A stretch of 64,000 bases of DNA from Crocinitomicaceae bacterium (GTDB lineage Bacteria > Bacteroidota > Bacteroidia > Flavobacteriales_D > Sanyastnellaceae), in assembly GCA_002690915.1 (NCBI GenBank), contig NZGF01000079.1, forward strand, positions 29,802-93,801, given 5' to 3'. Position numbers and translations under genes: made by a program. Shown piece by piece: positions 63,001 through 64,000 of this stretch. Numbering within the stretch: position 1 is the stretch's first letter; every line of letters starts with the position of its first letter. The notes beneath the pieces are model-generated. The model made no database searches and was not told the origin of the DNA. It saw only the letters and a program-made list of their open reading frames with translations.

Positions 63001-63402
63001 GTACCGCATGACGGCTTTCTTGCACGCCTCGTTGTATTCCTCAATGGTGAGTTTTACCCCTATGTCCTCTTTCGTGATGCCGAGTTCCTTTTCTACACCC
63101 AACTCAACGGGCAAGCCGTGGGTGTCCCAGCCCGCTTTCCGTTCAACTCGGTATCCTTTCAGGGTGTGAAATCGGCAAAAAATATCCTTAATCGCGCGGG
63201 CCATCACGTGGTGAATGCCTGGTTTCCCGTTTGCGGAAGGCGGCCCTTCGAAGAACACGTAGGGCCGAGCTTTCGGACGCGTTTCGATGCTCTTCTGGAA
63301 CGTACCATCCCGTTCCCAGTCGGCGAGGATGTCGTCAGCAATCTCTGTTAGGTTCAGGGAGCCGCGCTCAGGGAAATTCGGTTGCGGTGCAGAGGTGCTC
63401 AT
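60007..63402 (-). CDS. ileS: Isoleucine--tRNA ligase (type 2, long C-terminal extension)
   Basis: Seen: PSANGKPGIHH (the HIGH motif), KMSKRLGN (KMSKS) and an editing-domain insert. Length is 1131 aa. Confidence 0.95.
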   Translation of the reverse strand: MSTSAPQPNFPERGSLNLTEIADDILADWERDGTFQKSIETRPKARPYVFFEGPPSANGKPGIHHVMARAIKDIFCRFHTLKGYRVERKAGWDTHGLPVELGVEKELGITKEDIGVKLTIEEYNEACKKAVMRYTDIWNELTRKMGYWVDMDAPYVTYENKYIESVWWLLKQLDNKDLLYKGYTIQPYSPAAGTGLSSHELNQPGAYRDVKDTTVVAQFRALPECGARILEHVGPEHAEAYGNLPVYFLAWTTTPWTLPSNTALTVGPDITYVLVATKNRYTDEHSLVVLAEDLLGKHFGGKKAPEYEVIARISGAELCGARYEQLLDWAEPMDGVSEAFRVIPGDFVTTEDGTGIVHTAPTFGADDARVASAAGVPPMLIDDGTGQGVPLVDLQGRIRDGVGPLAGRYVKEEYYDEGEAPERSVDVEIAIDLKGKGLAFLVEKYEHNYPHCWRTDKPVLYYPLDSWFVRATAAKERMQALNRTIRWKPASTGSGRFGKWLENLNDWNLSRSRFWGIPIPIWSTEDGTERRCIGSVEELKTACAEAVEAGLMDANPLESFVPGDMSKANYEQFDLHKHVVDRITLKAADGRPMRREADLIDVWFDSGSMPYAQWHYPFENKEKIDNGQAYPADFIAEGVDQTRGWFYTLHAIATMVFDSVAYKNVISNGLVLDKNGQKMSKRLGNAVDPFETLGEYGPDATRWYMISNAQPWDNLKFDAAGITEVQRKFFGTLHNTYNFLALYANIDGYTGGGEVIKIAEYPEIDRWVLSRLNSLIQEVTEAYEALEPTKVARAIQSFAIDDLSNWHVRQSRRRFWKGEMSDDKRNAYQTLHACLRSLSVMISPIAPFYADRLYRDLTGSDESVHLASFPEADAACIDSELEARMALAQQISSQVLSLRKRERLRVRQPLRRVLVPVLNEQMASRIETMASLIKGEVNVKAIEVIRDGENPDVSIVKRVKPDFKALGPKFGKRMKAVAAAVNALDAEGIVVLEREGRVAVDPADGLGEAMVEASEVAIMTDDIPGWLVSSIGGVTVALDISLDDTLKGEGLARELVNRVQHMRKEAGLEVTDRIALTVDAAPELEAVMKDNLVYIADETLANEVLWEIIPGADRIELSEGINVALAVTKQD

Positions 63403-63486
63403 TCGGAATGCAATCGGGTCTGTTTACTCAAAGGTTCGAAGATAACAACAGCTCGGCCATCGAAGACCTCAAACCCCTTGATTTCT

Positions 63487-64000
63487 CTACACTTGGCTGA
63501 GCTTGAGCATGTTAGTCATCCCGGCATCCGCAATGGGCATGCTCGCCAAATGAACCACAAAGTCGCCTTCGCTGACAGCGCCCATCTTGGTCAATTCAAA
63601 TTTGATGTCCGCAATGGTATGGTCTGTGCTGACCATTTTTAAGTACGGGAATGCGGAAACACCCCAAACCAGTGACATTTGTGCCAGCACACGCTTGTTC
63701 GCGGTGAACATGAATATGTCGGCCTTTGGACGCTGGCTCGAAACTTGAACCGCCGTGTAACCCGAGAAGGTCATGGTCACAATTGCGGTAGCATTGACAC
63801 GTTTCGCCAACCTGCAGGCGTTGTAGCACATGCTATCGCTGATAAATCTGTCATCCTCTGGACTCAACGGCGGCCGCTCATGATAATACATGCGGTCCTG
63901 GCCCTCCATCGATTCAATAATGTCCGACATAGCCGTTACAGCTTCAATCGGATAAGCGCCCACCGATGTTTCCGCACTGAGCATCACCGCGTCCGCACCG
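63487..64000 (-). CDS. pyk: Pyruvate kinase, C-terminal part (5' end outside the window)
   Basis: Seen: DAVMLSAETSVGAYPIEAV and the C-terminal allosteric domain. The frame stays open to the window edge. Confidence 0.88.
   Translation of the reverse strand, partial: GADAVMLSAETSVGAYPIEAVTAMSDIIESMEGQDRMYYHERPPLSPEDDRFISDSMCYNACRLAKRVNATAIVTMTFSGYTAVQVSSQRPKADIFMFTANKRVLAQMSLVWGVSAFPYLKMVSTDHTIADIKFELTKMGAVSEGDFVVHLASMPIADAGMTNMLKLSQV

Noticed and set aside
1-64000. A search for CRISPR arrays, transposases, integrases, phage genes, toxin-antitoxin pairs, restriction-modification systems or other defence islands.
   Set aside because: None was found:
- There are no spaced direct repeats.
- No ORF has recognisable transposase, integrase, nuclease-helicase or methyltransferase motifs.
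- Every sizeable ORF on either strand is either assigned above or is an antisense shadow.
- No intergenic gap exceeds about 165 nt.

Overview
This window reads as a densely packed, mostly core-genome segment of a Bacteroidota chromosome, with G+C around one half by eye. Several features support that assignment: the conserved array CBS-nadK-porG-like(DUF6089)-uppS-bamA-skp-skp-murI, plus gldH. A protease carries a T9SS C-terminal sorting domain, ispG is the long form, and ileS-dksA/TraR-lspA are together. Several start regions have TAnnTTTG -7 boxes instead of Shine-Dalgarno sites.

I call 54 protein-coding genes, two of them cut by the window edges. I also call one decayed tRNA-like relic, one textbook bidirectional terminator and four tentative promoter elements. 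Housekeeping genes dominate:
- tRNA synthetases: metG, ileS
- Replication and repair: polA, holB, recO
- Isoprenoid, purine and cofactor synthesis: dxs, ispG, purD, purQ, pdxJ
- Other metabolism and processing: asd, kbl, murI, rnpA, lspA, pyk

I see no rRNA, intact tRNA, CRISPR array, transposase, integrase, phage gene or recognisable defence gene. No intergenic gap exceeds about 165 nt.

I cannot point to a clearly novel multi-gene system. The best candidates are:
1. A translationally coupled YfiR-like(DUF4154)/TPR-like/HAMP-PP2C phosphatase module with no visible substrate.
2. A 1065-aa exported protein with three lamin-tail-domain-like repeats and no catalytic domain.
3. A decayed tRNA relic in the metG/TonB-receptor spacer.
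4. A fused GT2-GT9 LPS-core glycosyltransferase whose 3' end overlaps an O-antigen-ligase-like gene.
5. Several conserved-looking exported or membrane proteins of unknown function.

All family assignments come from motif recognition by eye, not from searches. Start codons are often ambiguous because the ORF track allows TTG/GTG starts.
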